Below, piece after piece: positions 1 through 14,541 of a DNA stretch of 64,000 bases (positions are counted from its first letter, which is position 1; every line of letters starts with the position of its first letter). A model generated the notes under the pieces. That model was not told the origin of the DNA and made no database searches. It saw only the letters and a program-made list of their open reading frames with translations. The position numbers were made by a program, and so were the translations under genes. Source of the stretch: Octopus vulgaris (Eukaryota); contig OX597814.1 in NCBI GenBank assembly GCA_951406725.2, forward strand, positions 67,332,001-67,396,000. The letters run 5' to 3'.

Positions 1-680
1 ACACACACATATGTATGTTTATGTATTCATGTATATATGTATGTATGAAGCCAAAGTTACGCGTAATTTGGACCAGCACCTTAGGCGCTAAATACTTTTA
101 GGGTTGGTTTTCTCTGTGTACACAACCGAAATATCATATCTGATATTTCGACTCTCACCAACCGTAGGCCGGAACCCCTGACGTTACCCATGTATGTATG
201 TATGTATGTATGTATGTATGTATGTATGTATGTATGTATGTATGTATGTATGCATGTATGTATGTATGTATGTATGTATGTATGTATATTCGTATGTCTC
301 TTAAATAGCTTATAAACACCTTCCACGCTGCAATTGTTTTCGTTCCTGCACTCGATCTCTGATCAGGTCACTTGCTATGCAAACACATCTCTCTCTCTCC
401 CACAATATATATATATATATATATGTAAGATTTAGTTGAATCGGGTACTTAAGTTGATGCAGCTTGTTTAGTAGGGATAATACACACGCACAACAATGAT
501 TTGCAAATATCAACCTTGGTATATAAATTTTTAAACTGTTAAATTATTTGGAATGTTCTTCATTGTAAAGTATCCATCTAAAGGAAACAGTTTCTTTGAG
601 AATTGATATCATGTACTCATTAATCAATTAAAAGAGTCATTAGAAACGGCCGTAATGGATTGACAATTGTACTTCATTTG

Positions 681-715
<35 letters not shown>

Positions 716-763
716 CATACATACATACACTCACACACACACATATATATATCTATATATCTA

Positions 764-873
<110 letters not shown>

Positions 874-890
874 CCTACCTACCTACCTAC

Positions 891-962
<72 letters not shown>

Positions 963-976
963 ATATATTTATATAT

Positions 977-1661
977 GGTTCTAGGTAAATTCCAGCATGG
1001 TAAATTCCACCCAATAATAATCATCGTGGTCAGTTTCTCTACACGTGGGTCAATACCTATGTTATTTAATGTCTAGCTCTCAAGTCTTAAGAAAGGAGAG
1101 AGAAAGAGAGAAAAAGAGAGAAAGAGAGAGAGAGAGAGAGGGGATAGATAGAGAGAGAGAGAGAGTCTGAAGGTGAGATTGAAAACAATTTTATAATCTA
1201 CTTGAATTGAGATACACTTTAATTTACTCTCATCGAGCAAGAATCTATGAAAAAGACTCATCACAAAATTTCAAAAATAATATATTTTGGGATAAAGAAA
1301 GAAAAGATTAAATTTTAGCACACATTTTATTATAAAAATAGGATAAAAATAGCAGCGAGTATATTGTGAAGTAGAGTTAGGATAAAAAAGTTAAAATTAT
1401 TTTTTAAAAATTCTTAAGGCAATTTGTGTATAATACTTCTTAAAAATTGCATAGGGGCTTTCATTTTGATACTCTTGAACTATCTTCTTCAGTCGTGCAT
1501 CAATAATTTGATAGGCCTTTTTTGTTGTTGAGTCTCCACGTCGAACGTGTGCACTTTTGTCCGGATTAATCCTTTCTCAGATTTAAGGGTAGTGCATAGT
1601 TTCCACAAATTTGGATGTGTGTACGTTAGTGATGAGTGCAAAGCATTGTGGAACCATTCTA

Positions 1662-1727
<66 letters not shown>

Positions 1728-1831
1728 TTCATCTTTAGTGAAATTTAGCATGTTGGAATATACCGTGGTGGAATTTACCTATGGTGAAATTTACCAGGTG
1801 GAATTTTCCGTGGTGGAATTTACCGGTTACC
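977..1831 (-). mobile_element. Non-autonomous MULE/Mutator-like DNA transposon remnant
   Basis: Inverted termini GGTTCTAGGTAAATTCC / GGAATTTACCGGTTACC with subterminal tandem GGTAAATTCCAC motifs; minus strand reads LEWFHNALHSSLTYTHPNLWKLCTTLKSE...FLRSIIHKL, like a MULE transposase C-terminus. Confidence 0.65.
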
Positions 1832-2351
1832 ATATACATAGGTAACAATATTGATATCCTCACTGTTTGAAAAAACATTAGGAATGATCTCGTTTGAGAT
1901 TACAACCATCTTTGGCTAGTTTAACCCCGTTGTGCCCACTGATCTGATTGGTTAGCGTCTAGCGCGGTCTGTCTCTCTACTTATTTCGCGCCAGTGTGTA
2001 AACTGACCAATCACGGCCTTCGGATAGGATCTTTCAACTGAGCCATCTTCTCTCTTAAACAGTAGAAATGCTTGTCGTCCTTCATTCATTTCCTTTGGCA
2101 CTGTATAATATATTCATGTATTATGGCTTCTCTTACTATGTTAGGATGCGATCGTGCGGCGTACAAGAGGAGACCCTATCACCAACCTCCTTACATACGG
2201 TCGTATATATATATATATACACCTACAAGTGGTATATATTCATACAAGTGGTAACTTAGTGCCAGTTAATTTGACCAACCGTTCGAATATCATCTTCGCT
2301 TCCATTTTATCGCCGTTTTGTCTATGACAAAATGTCTGGCGAGAGGCTATA

Positions 2352-3301
2352 TGTAGCAATATTGATATCCTCACTGTTTGAGAAAAACATTAGGAATGAT
2401 CTTGTTTGAGATTACAACCATCTTTGGCTAGTTTAACCCCGTTGTGTCCACTAATCTGATTGGTTAGCGTCTAGCGCGGTGTGTCTCTCTACTTATTTCG
2501 CGCCAGTGTGTAAACTGACCAATCACAGTCTTCGGATAGTATCTTTCAATTGAGTCATCTTCACTCCTTAAATAAGCTAGTATTTTCACTAATTATCGTC
2601 TTTCGGCTTTAGACCTCCTAAGGTCTAGTCGGAGACCCCAGAGCTACTCAGCCATGTTCCAGTTCGAATGACAGACGAGAGCCAACCAACCATACTATGA
2701 AGACGCTATTGTGTACCAGCGATAGACAGAACGTCATCACCAACGTCGTCTACATCTCCGCCGATTTCAACGTGTATACAAGTATACAGATTAAACTCAC
2801 GCTGTTTGTGTGAAACTTTCACCACGGAAAAACAGTTGCAGTATATATCTGAAAGAACAATCTATATCAAGAGAAACCTGCACAACAAGTGACTCAACTA
2901 GTCTCCGCTTCGAAACCCAAACCTTGTTATAGAACTTATTATCGTGTACCACATGAACTGGTAAACTAACTCTATCTTAACTCAATATGCTGAGACTTAT
3001 CTTATGCTCTGTATTTCTGTTGTATTCGCATGCACCTTTATCTGTATTTTCTGTCGCACACACGAACACACAGACACAAATACTATACCACAACACTACG
3101 CTAGTAATCACAACTCACTTTGAACACTGTGAATAAAGTCTATCTTCTCTTTCAAACAGTAGAACGGCTTGTCGTCCTTCATTCATTTCTTTTGGCACTG
3201 TATAATATATCCATGTATTATGGCTTCTCTTAATACATGGATATGCGATCGTGTGGCGTACAAGAGGAGACCTTGTCAGCAACCTCCTTACGTACGGTTA
3301 T
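2352..3301 (+). mobile_element. Solo LTR-like element; internally deleted paralog at ~1841-2205
   Basis: TGTAGC start, AATAAA near 3132, TA-repeat flanks; the 1841-2205 copy joins the 5' and 3' parts at ATCTTC microhomology. Confidence 0.5.
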
Positions 3302-3338
3302 ATATATTCCCTACACATACATACATACATACATACAT

Positions 3339-3440
<102 letters not shown>

Positions 3441-3785
3441 CAAATCAAATTAGTGTACATTTATGCACAAAAGACGTGACCTCTATCAAGACACCATATA
3501 TGCTTGAAGGAACAGTCATAATCCAAACCAAGGTTAAAAGCATTTTCGAAGGGGATGAAAAATAAAAACGTTTTCAATAGTTACCACTTGTACCTTGGTT
3601 TCGGACATTAATGAACAAATAAAATAATCTGCTTATCTGTGTCCTTCATGTGCAAGGGTCGCTAATAACATATAAATGGAACAAGTAGAGAGCACATCTA
3701 CCATCTTTATACATTATAACATTTCAAATCCGCCGCGCAAGCGCAGTTGTCGTCGGCAGCAAACATATATATATGCATGTATATA

Positions 3786-3842
<57 letters not shown>

Positions 3843-3845
<3 letters not shown>

Positions 3846-6500
3846 TCGACATTATTGACTTTTATCCGTCAATATCTAGGACGTTGCTCCTAAGGGCATT
3901 GGACTTCGCCAAGCAGTATGTCAGCATCGATAGCTCGGAAATTGATATTATTATGCATGCGAGGAAATCGCTTCTTTTTTTCGGGGATTTCACCTGGATT
4001 AAGAAGAGTGAGGATTCTCTTTTCGATGTACCGATGGGGGCATACGACGGGGCTGAGTTATGTATGCTCATAGGAGCCTTTATTCTTCATAATCTGAAAA
4101 TAGAATTCCCATTTATAGATGCAGGTTTATATAGGGATGACGGCCTTATAGCCACGCATAATCTAAACGGCCATGAATCAGATAGACTTAGGAAGGGCCT
4201 TATTGCTTTCTTTCAAAGGATGGGCTTACGGGTTACAATAGATGCTAACCTGAATAGTGTAGATATTTTAGACGTACATTTTAATGTAAGGTCGGATAGA
4301 TTTAAACCTTTCCGGAAGCCCAATGAAAAGCTATCGTATATTAGCAAAGATTCGAACCACCCACCAGTTATCCTTAGGAACTTAGTCAGCAATGTAGGTA
4401 GAAGAATATCTTCAATTTCTTCGGACGAGGCTGCATTCCATAATGCTGCACCTTATTACGATAGCGCATTAAAGAATAGTGGATTCTCTGAGAAGATCCA
4501 ATACAGCCAGCTTAATGCTGATAATAATGCTGCACGAAGAATTAGGACCAGGAAAGTTTTGTGGTTCAACCCGGCTTTCAATTTGGCCGTAAAGACTAAT
4601 ATAGGTAAGGAATTTTTGAGATTAGTCACTAAACATTTTAAGCAGGGCCATAAATTCTATAGGATATTTAATAGAAGAACCCTGAAGGTTAGCTATTCTT
4701 GCTGCAGAAATTTCGCCTCTTACATTAGCCAGCATAATAGGAATCTGATTGAGATTAAACATGGTGCCGAGCCCATTAAGAAATGCAATTTCAAAAATGA
4801 AAACTCCTGTCCGTTAGAAGGGAAATGTCTAGTGAAAGGAGTAGTTTATAGAGCCAAAGTATAAATAGAAGGCTCATCGGAATACAAGACATATACAGGG
4901 GCTTCAGAAAATTCGTTTAAAACACGATTTTATTCGCATAAAAATTCATTTAGATACCCAGAGAATAGGAAGAGGACCAGCCTAGCAAAATATGTCTGGG
5001 AACTAAAAGAAAAGGGAACCCCACCTTTCAACGTGACATGGAGCATTCTGGACAGAGCGGCACCATACAGGCATGGAGCACACAGGAATAATTTAAATGC
5101 AATCTTTGCCTATTAGAGAAACTATATTTTATTCAAAGACAATAATTCTTTGAATCAAAGAAGTGAGCTGATGAACTTATGTAGACACACAACCAAATTT
5201 AAAATGTCAAATATAAATATACCATATGGATAGAGTATATATTTTGTATTTTTGATTTTTGAAATTTTAATTTTGACTCTTGGACTAGTATGTAAACGCG
5301 ACGATGGATTTGTTTCGCGCTATGCAGATTTAATTCCGTATAGCAAAGTCTCATGCATATATTTTGTTTATTTTGTTTATATTTCTACATATACATTAGG
5401 AAAAACCTTCGGCTTTGTTTATTTCATGTTATTGTATTGTATAGGATTACTTTAATTTTTTATTTATAGATGATCCAAAATAGGGTGTTATATTTTATAT
5501 GACTTTCGTATATTTTTCATTATTGCACTCACCATTTTTTAAAAAAAGCAATGTTGTCAAAAATTAGAATTTTGATGTAAATATGTGTATAGCCATGGAT
5601 ATGTATTTGTAAGCATGCGTCTCTGTGTATGTGTAAGTGAGCGTATGTTTGTGCTTAAGCACACACATACACGACTGTATGTGTAGCACACACATACACG
5701 ACTGTATGTGTATGTATCCATTTGAACTTGTGTGTTTGTATACTTGTCTCTATATACATGTCAATAACGTGGTTACACAGCTTGTATACATAATTTTCTT
5801 ATTTCGTTTTTTCCCCACCCCTCCTTTTTCTTTTTTCCTTCCCCCTTCTTCGTTCCTTTTTCTCTCTTCCTTTTTTTCGTTTAATTTCTCTAACTGATAC
5901 TGGTGCATACAACTTTACGTCCCCCTCACTTAAGCTTTACTCCGTAAATAAGGAACGCTACATTAGCATCCATGATTTTAACTTGCGTGCGAGATAGATT
6001 GCGTATACATATGTATGCTTGCATTTGTGTGTATATTTTATATTTATATTTATACGTCTGTATATGTATGGCGTTTGCACGCATCCTTCTGTGTATGTTG
6101 ATATATATATGTACACTTTAATATGAATATGTATTGCAGTATAATATTTATAATGCGTTTTAATTTCCATGTATTAATTATATTTCCTTCATTAACGTCA
6201 ATATGTATTTTATTCAATATAAGGTTTTTTCCTCGAATTTTATAATTTTTATAATTTTTATAATTTTTTAATATATATATACATATATATATTTTGAGCT
6301 CATTTTTTTGTTTATCGCTCGAAGATTGACAGTTATTTCTAAAGGGCCAATCAAACAAGTCCATTTTTTAAAGGTGTAGCGTTTGTAAGAGTCTGGATTG
6401 AATTGATATATCGGTTCCATTCTAACAAAAACTGTCTGATGAACGGCAACGAGAAACTAAGAGTAACAGATTTTGTTGAATTTTCTGCTGCTTTAAATAA
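3843..6500 (+). mobile_element. Penelope-like retroelement, 5'-truncated (RT, GIY-YIG endonuclease, 3' pLTR)
   Basis: ORF 3773-4864 has [26 protein letters not shown] and CPLEGKC..VVYRAKV. After a stop it continues YTGASENSFKTRFYSHKNSF, CNLCLLEK, LNQRSELMNLCRH. Hammerhead motif and AATAAA at the 3' end. Confidence 0.9.
6424..6477 (+). ncRNA. Type I hammerhead ribozyme motif in a Penelope pLTR
   Basis: Stem I AACAAAA-a-CTGT / ACAG-a-TTTTGTT, CTGATGA 6436-6442, stem II CG-GCAA-CG, GAAA 6453-6456, stem III CT-AAG-AG, GUA cleavage triplet. Confidence 0.7.
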
Positions 6501-6501
6501 A

Positions 6502-6572
<71 letters not shown>

Positions 6573-6619
6573 TATATATATACATATATATAAATATATA
6601 TAAGTAATGTTTATCGCAT

Positions 6620-8130
6620 CGCCACATCAATATGGCTGTTCGACGTTACTACCAATTTTAACCCCAGGAAGAGCCTCTTCCAGCTGTTTATAGATGCAAT
6701 GTGCACTCGGTAGACAGTGATGTGTAGTTAGCTTTACTTTCTGTTCTAAAACTATGCAAATGATTACGTTACCTAACATTAAAACTGTTTGAAGTCGCAT
6801 AGATATAATTATATAATGTCCTAGCTTCAGGACCGAACATTTGTAAACTACATCATAAATAAGACACTTATTTTCAAAGGGATAGTCGTTCGGCAGGTCT
6901 TCTACAGTTACACATATTCGAGCTCCTTGCAGAAGCGTTGTTCCTAAGGCTAGTGTCATTGTTAATATTAGTTATTACTATTTAAGTTAATGTTACTGCA
7001 ATTAGTTCCGCCATTCATTGTGTTTCTATTGTAACCAGGATTGTTGCCACAATCTCTATTGATGTCCTTAGGGAAATTAGAGTTATTACATATGGAGCCA
7101 ATAGCTTCGTCATTATGACAATTGACAATACTAGTAGTCCCGAAGGAGTTGTTCATACTATTACCGCGCCCAAATTCATCATTATCGTCAATGAAGTCAT
7201 AATATATTCTAATTGGTAAAGGGTGATTGGATGAGCTAATCGAAGACGAACAATTAGAATTATCGCAATCTACATGTACTGGTCAAGCTCGAATTTACTA
7301 TGTTAGATTTCAAAGTACAAATGGAAATATTATGGTTACCTACACTATTTGTAAACAAATTCTTCAATGTTCTATTATTTATAGCAGCTATGCGATCAGC
7401 AACATTCGGGGTACTAGGATATGAACACTTAATCGCGTATCGTTAAAATATATTCCTATACCTAATTGAAGGAGGAAAGTTCTTTTCGAAGGCCGTAACA
7501 AATATATTCGGTAATCTAGATTTAATATTCACAACATAAGATAGATTATACCAGATCATATCTTTGCTAAGTATTCTACACGTTTATTGAATCTTCTGGA
7601 TTCATTGGCATTAAAAATAATTTAATCTATCCTTCTTACTCCAAAATATTTCGTTGAAGTTGGTACGTGTTCTAGTAGCAGTAAGAATTATATCGCTATT
7701 TCTCCTTGTTAATTTCGATTTCTTAGTAGCAAAGATTATTGAATTATCTAAAAGGGTTTATGCTGAATAGCAGCTGTCGATAATAGCTGGTTGAACGAAT
7801 TTATAATCTCTCTTATGCAATTTGTTTAAAGCAATCTATAACTTCAGTAGTACTTGACCATAGGACTAACTAAACATTAAAAATTAGTTGAGGAACAAAT
7901 CTATCGAAAATTAACTTGCTCAACATACCCGTATCCGATCTAGACAAACAAATCAATCACCATGAGGCTTTACTAACAAGATTCGGTTTGTGCTCTTTCA
8001 TATTAATTTTTGGAGGTTTAGGTGTTGTAGGCTGAATAGGATCCTCCAGTCCGAGTCAACACTCTAATTTCCGGTATTCTTTGTAAATGTTCCTTAAAGT
8101 AGGTTTGGGTTCTAATTTATATTCTTTTTG
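6620..8130 (-). mobile_element. Degenerate Penelope-like fragment
   Basis: ORF 6627-6959 contains YPFENKCLIYDVVYKCSV, resembling the GIY-YIG start; many stops. Confidence 0.5.
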
Positions 8131-8542
8131 GAGCTCCTTGAGTATCATGTTTTTATAATACTAAGTTTTTATGTTGTAAAGTTTCCATATGTGTACATGT
8201 ATATGCGTTTAGGGAAACATACATAACATCGATTTGACTTCTCTTCTTAATTAAACAAATCAATTACACACACACACATATGTACATATACATTCATACA
8301 TAATACATACATACATGTATATGTGTTTGTATATATATATTTCAAAATATAACGACGTGTGTATCGTTGGCGATTTTCTTCTTCCCTCTTCCTTTCCTTT
8401 GAACGTTCCATTTCTCCTGAAGAAGAGCTTTGCTCGAAACTTTAAATCCTCTTTCCCTCCTTTCCTGAGCGTCTGATAATACAGTAGATGTACCACGTCC
8501 TCGCGTTATACATTTTTCTTGTTTGTTCATCTTTGTTTGCAT

Positions 8543-9460
<918 letters not shown>

Positions 9461-9874
9461 TGTGTTGATTATATTACCTACCTGTATTCGCATTGTTTCT
9501 AAATATCCTGTTTTTTTTTTCCAGTAGTGTGGTGTGGTTTAAATGTAAAAAAATATCCCTGCAATGCCTGAAATTGGATGTCATCAACAAAAAGTGTCTG
9601 AATTTGGCTCTCAATAAAATCTTTATAATTTTATTGAAATGTTTTCAATTTGTATTTGTAAGGTGCATGCTATGCGATCTCTTTGTTTCCAGGAAAATTA
9701 TTGACAAGAATAAACAACAAGTTTGACGGACGTCAGACGATATATCTAAATCCGTATATCAAATACCTTCTATGATTGTGAATGGTGTTTTCATTGCGAC
9801 TTAATAGCATAAAAACTTTAAATATTTAACATTGAAATTTCATACAAAAGGTTTTCTCCTTTTCGTTTCTCTAG

Positions 9875-9952
9875 AATTCGAGGAGACTACATCAGCAGAA
9901 GAGTTAGAGTCTGTAGTCGAAGAGACGGAGAATCTAGAACTAGAGACACCAG
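9875..9952 (+). CDS. Acidic-repeat mini-exon, type A copy 1 (78 nt, phase 1-1): (E)FEETTSAEELESVVEETENLELETP
   Basis: Polypyrimidine tract plus TCTCTAG acceptor, CCAG|GTATGA donor, 26 codons without a stop, paralogous to 16 other exons. Confidence 0.85.
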
Positions 9953-10225
9953 GTATGAATTATATACACGTACATACATACATGCATGGATACAAGCATG
10001 CATGCATACATACATACATACATACATACATACATACATACATACATACATGCACGCGCGTCACAATGTCTATAAGAATTATTCAAATCTGTATTTCAGA
10101 TGCGTTGTATGATTGTGTATGGGTTATGTATTATGTCCCAAATATTCAAATAACAAAAAAAAAAAGAGAAAAAGATAGCAAATTTTAATATTTAACATTA
10201 AAAGTTTATATATTTATTTCTCTAG

Positions 10226-10303
10226 AATTCGAGGAGAATACGGTACAAGAAGAGTTGGAATCAGAGGCCGAAGAGACGGAGAATGCAGAGCTGGAGACTC
10301 CAG
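10226..10303 (+). CDS. Acidic-repeat mini-exon, type B copy 1 (78 nt): (E)[25 protein letters not shown]
   Basis: TTTCTCTAG acceptor, CCAG|GTAACG donor, open frame. Confidence 0.82.
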
Positions 10304-10400
10304 GTAACGATATGTGTATGTACGTTTGTATGTATGTATGTATGTATGTATGTATGTATGTATGTATGTATGTATGTATGTATGTACGTATATTTATATG

Positions 10401-10467
<67 letters not shown>

Positions 10468-10565
10468 AATGGACTCTTCCGTCGAAGACGACGTATGAGT
10501 GTTCAGCTTTTGCCGAACGACCTGCAAAAATAACTTGCTTATAGTAATCATATGTACGTGGTGTA

Positions 10566-10825
10566 AACGGAAACTGAAAGAAGCCCGTCGTAAATATGTG
10601 TATATTCGTGTCTGTTCCTGTGTTTGTCCCCACAACATCGCTTAACAACCGATGCTGGTGTGTTTACGTCCCCGTAACTTAGCGGTTCGGCAAAGACTGA
10701 TAGAATAAGTATTAGGTTTACAAAGAATAAGTCCTGGGGGTCGAGGTGCTCGACTGAAGGCGGCGCTCCTGCATTGCCGCAGTCAAATGACTGAAACCAG
10801 TAAAAGAGTAAAAATGAGTAAAGAG
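10566..10825 (+). mobile_element. 3' part of a tRNA-derived SINE (copies ~14236-14495, ~18700-18958, diverged ~23745-24000)
   Basis: Matches the reverse complement of the full copy at 61361-61770; GTAAAAGAGTAAAA tail. Confidence 0.85.
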
Positions 10826-11093
10826 TATATATATATATAGAGAGAGATATAGTTAATTCAAATAAAGAATTCAAATAAACGGATTAAAAAAAAACGAAAA
10901 AAAAGGAAAAGAAAGAACGTGATGATATGAATAAGAAATGTATTAGATTGACGCTCGGTGAAAGGAGAGTTTAATGTGTGGACCATAGCTCTTCGTCTGA
11001 AAGGAGAAAAAGAAATGTCCAACGAAGGAGAAGAAGAAGAAATCGCCAACGGCCCAAGTGTGGTTACATTGCTGAAGTGTAAATGTTGTAAAC

Positions 11094-11612
<519 letters not shown>

Positions 11613-11689
11613 TCTGTATATATATATATATGTAAGATTCAGTTGAATAAGGTTTGGATTCACTATATATATGTGTGTGTGTGAGTGTG

Positions 11690-11762
<73 letters not shown>

Positions 11763-11766
<4 letters not shown>

Positions 11767-12518
11767 GTGTAATTGTTGATGACAAGCTCAGCTGGAGTGC
11801 CCACATCAACAATAATGTCGATATAGCTCGTAGGATGAGCTCCTGGATCATAAGAACTTTCTGGTCCAGAGAACAAGGTATCATCATACCACTTTTCTCC
11901 TCCTTTGTACGGCCACACCTCGAATACTGCCGCCCACTGTGGTCTCCCTATACAAGACAAAACATCTCGAGGATTGAATCACCCCCAAGAGGGCACTCAC
12001 TAAACGAATTGAAGGCATGGCTGCTCTCGATTATTGGGACTCTACTTGAAACTCTACTCTCTCCAGCGCTGCCACGAGCGGTACATCATTTGTACTATGT
12101 GGAGAATATACCGCCAACTTTTCCCAAACGACCTGAACATTAATTTCAAGGTTCATCCAAGGCTGGGACCACGGGCCATACGTCCCCTGCCCAATTCAGC
12201 ATCACAGCATATAGGTACACTGCAACATAATTTCTTTTCTTCAACAGGCCCTGTCCTGTTTAACATTGTCCGGAAAGAGATCAAAGAGGAAAAGGATCTC
12301 ATCAACTTTAAACGGAGTCTGGACAGATTTATTCAACGAATACGGATAAGCCACCCATACCTGGATTCAACTCACTCAACAAGAACTCACTACTTGAATG
12401 GACCATAAACAAAACTTGACTTAAACAGGATTTAAATAATCCTGTCTGGTGGTGCTATTAAGTTAGACATGGCCTGGACCAATCTTTGGTCGAAACATAT
12501 CTAAGTTTATCTAAGTTT
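11763..12518 (+). mobile_element. CR1/L2-group LINE 3' fragment (copies 16249-17012, 20893-21650)
   Basis: GVIVDDKLSWSAHI...VRPHLEYCRPLWSP...LKLYSLQRCHER...FKRSLDRF; tandem CTAAGTTTAT 3' tail. Confidence 0.85.
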
Positions 12519-12671
12519 ATATATATATATAAATATTATGAATATCATAATATCATATACTTAATGTATATGTGTCGTTAAAGACTTGAAAGTTGCGGTA
12601 TTTCGTCTAAGAGATCTGCCTTTGAAAACCTAAGCAAGGCGAAACGAAATCGCGCTGAAAATGAACGAGAG

Positions 12672-12715
12672 CGACAGAGCCGATATTTCGCGGTTATTTT
12701 CGCTCATCAGTGTCA
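12672..12715 (-). ncRNA. Minimal hammerhead-like motif (copies 17163-17206, 21803-21846)
   Basis: Minus strand TGACA-CTGATGA-GCG-AAAATAAC-CGC-GAAA-TATCGGC-TC-TGTCG; stem III is poor; copy 3 has a C3->U core change. Confidence 0.45.
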
Positions 12716-13474
12716 TATACTCATCTACTAGACGCGTTTGTGGGTCTTTAGCCTTCCTTTGTTGAAGATACTGAAATGAGGTAAGACAGGGGAGATAATG
12801 AAGCCGTGCAAGCGTTACTACTGCTATATTTGTTCTGACCATGTGGTCTGCGAGCACAAATCAGCCACTGATATTGATTCTTCTACTAGTTCCTATCTCC
12901 TTAGAGAGGAAGCCTAAAGAACCAGAAATTCATCTAGACGTCGAGGTTTATGGGTGTGTAGACTGCAGATGACATCTTACTCGTCGAAACCTCACACACA
13001 TATACATGTCTAAGATATGCATGTATGTAGGCTGGAAGTATGTATGCATAAATATGTGTGATGGTTGATTATATTACCTACCTGTATTCGCATTGTTTCT
13101 AAATATCCTGTTTTTTTTTTCCAGTAGTGTGGTGTGGTTTAAATGTAAAAAAATATCCCTGCAATGCCTGAAATTGGATGTCATCAACAAAAAGTGTCTG
13201 AATTTGGCTCTCAATAAAATCTTTATAATTTTATTGAAATGTTTTCAATTTGTATTTGTAAGGTGCATGCTATGCGATCTCTTTGTTTCCAGGAAAATTA
13301 TTGACAAGAATAAACAACAAGTTTGACGGACGTCAGACGATATATCTAAATCCGTATATCAAATACCTTCTATGATTGTGAATGGTGTTTTCATTGCGAC
13401 TTAATAGCATAAAAACTTTAAATATTTAACATTGAAATTTCATACAAAAGGTTTTCTCCTTTTCGTTTCTCTAG

Positions 13475-13552
13475 AATTCGAGGAGACTACATCAGCAGAA
13501 GAGTTAGAGTCTGTAGTCGAAGAGACGGAGAATCTAGAACTAGAGACACCAG
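13475..13552 (+). CDS. Acidic-repeat mini-exon, type A copy 2 (78 nt)
   Basis: Identical to 9875-9952, with intact AG and GT. Confidence 0.82.
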
Positions 13553-13844
13553 GTATGAATTATATACACGTACATACATACATGCATGGATACATGCATG
13601 CATACATACATACATACATACATACATACATACATACGTACATACATACATACATACATGCACGCGCGTCACAGTGTCTATAAGAATTATTCAAATCTGT
13701 ATTTCAGATGCGTTGTATGATTGTGTATGGGTTATGTATTATGTCCCAAATATTCAAATAGCAAAAAAAAAAAAAAAAAATAGCAAATTTTAATATTTAA
13801 CATTAAAAGTTTATATAAAAGGTTTCCTATTACTATTTCTCTAG

Positions 13845-13922
13845 AATTCGAGGAGAATAGGGTACAAGAAGAGTTGGAATCAGAGGCCGAAGAGACGGAG
13901 AATGCAGAGCTGGAGACTCCAG
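13845..13922 (+). CDS. Acidic-repeat mini-exon, type B copy 2 (78 nt): (E)[25 protein letters not shown]
   Basis: Intact splice sites, open frame. Confidence 0.82.
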
Positions 13923-14028
13923 GTAACGATATGTGTATGTACGTTTGTATGTATGTATGTATGTATGTATGTATGTATGTATGTATGTATGTATGTATGT
14001 ATGTATGTATATAATTATGTATATATAT

Positions 14029-14136
<108 letters not shown>

Positions 14137-14493
14137 AATGGACTCTTCCGTCGAAGACGACGTATGAGTGTTCAGCTTTTGCCGAACGACCTGCAAAAAT
14201 AACTTGCTTATAGTAATCATATGTACGTGGTGTAAACGGAAACTGAAAGAAGCCCGTCGTAAATATGTGTATATTCGTGTCTGTTCCTGTGTTTGTCCCC
14301 ACAACATCGCTTAACAACCGATGCTGGTGTGTTTACGTCCCCGTAACTTAGCGGTTCGGCAAAGACTGATAGAATAAGTATTAGGTTTACAAAGAATAAG
14401 TCCTGGGGGTCGATGTGCTCGACTAAAGGCGGCGCTCCTGCATGGCCGCAGTCAAATGACTGAAACCAGTAAGAGAGTAAAAATGAGTAAAGA

Positions 14494-14541
<48 letters not shown>

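Noticed and set aside
8416-8450. CTGAAGA-A-GAGC-TTT-GCTC-GAAA hammerhead-like core
   Set aside because: Stems I and III cannot be formed; at most a decayed relic
9493-9726. Recurrent 77-aa ORF MFLNILFF... (four copies)
   Set aside because: Its conservation is explained by the recent duplication; it is not evident as an ORF in the older paralogous intron flanks
10958-11070. Acidic stretch KGEKEMSNEGEEEEIANGP as an extra exon
   Set aside because: It is the reverse complement of a dispersed repeat also present at ~8360-8480, with no family splice context
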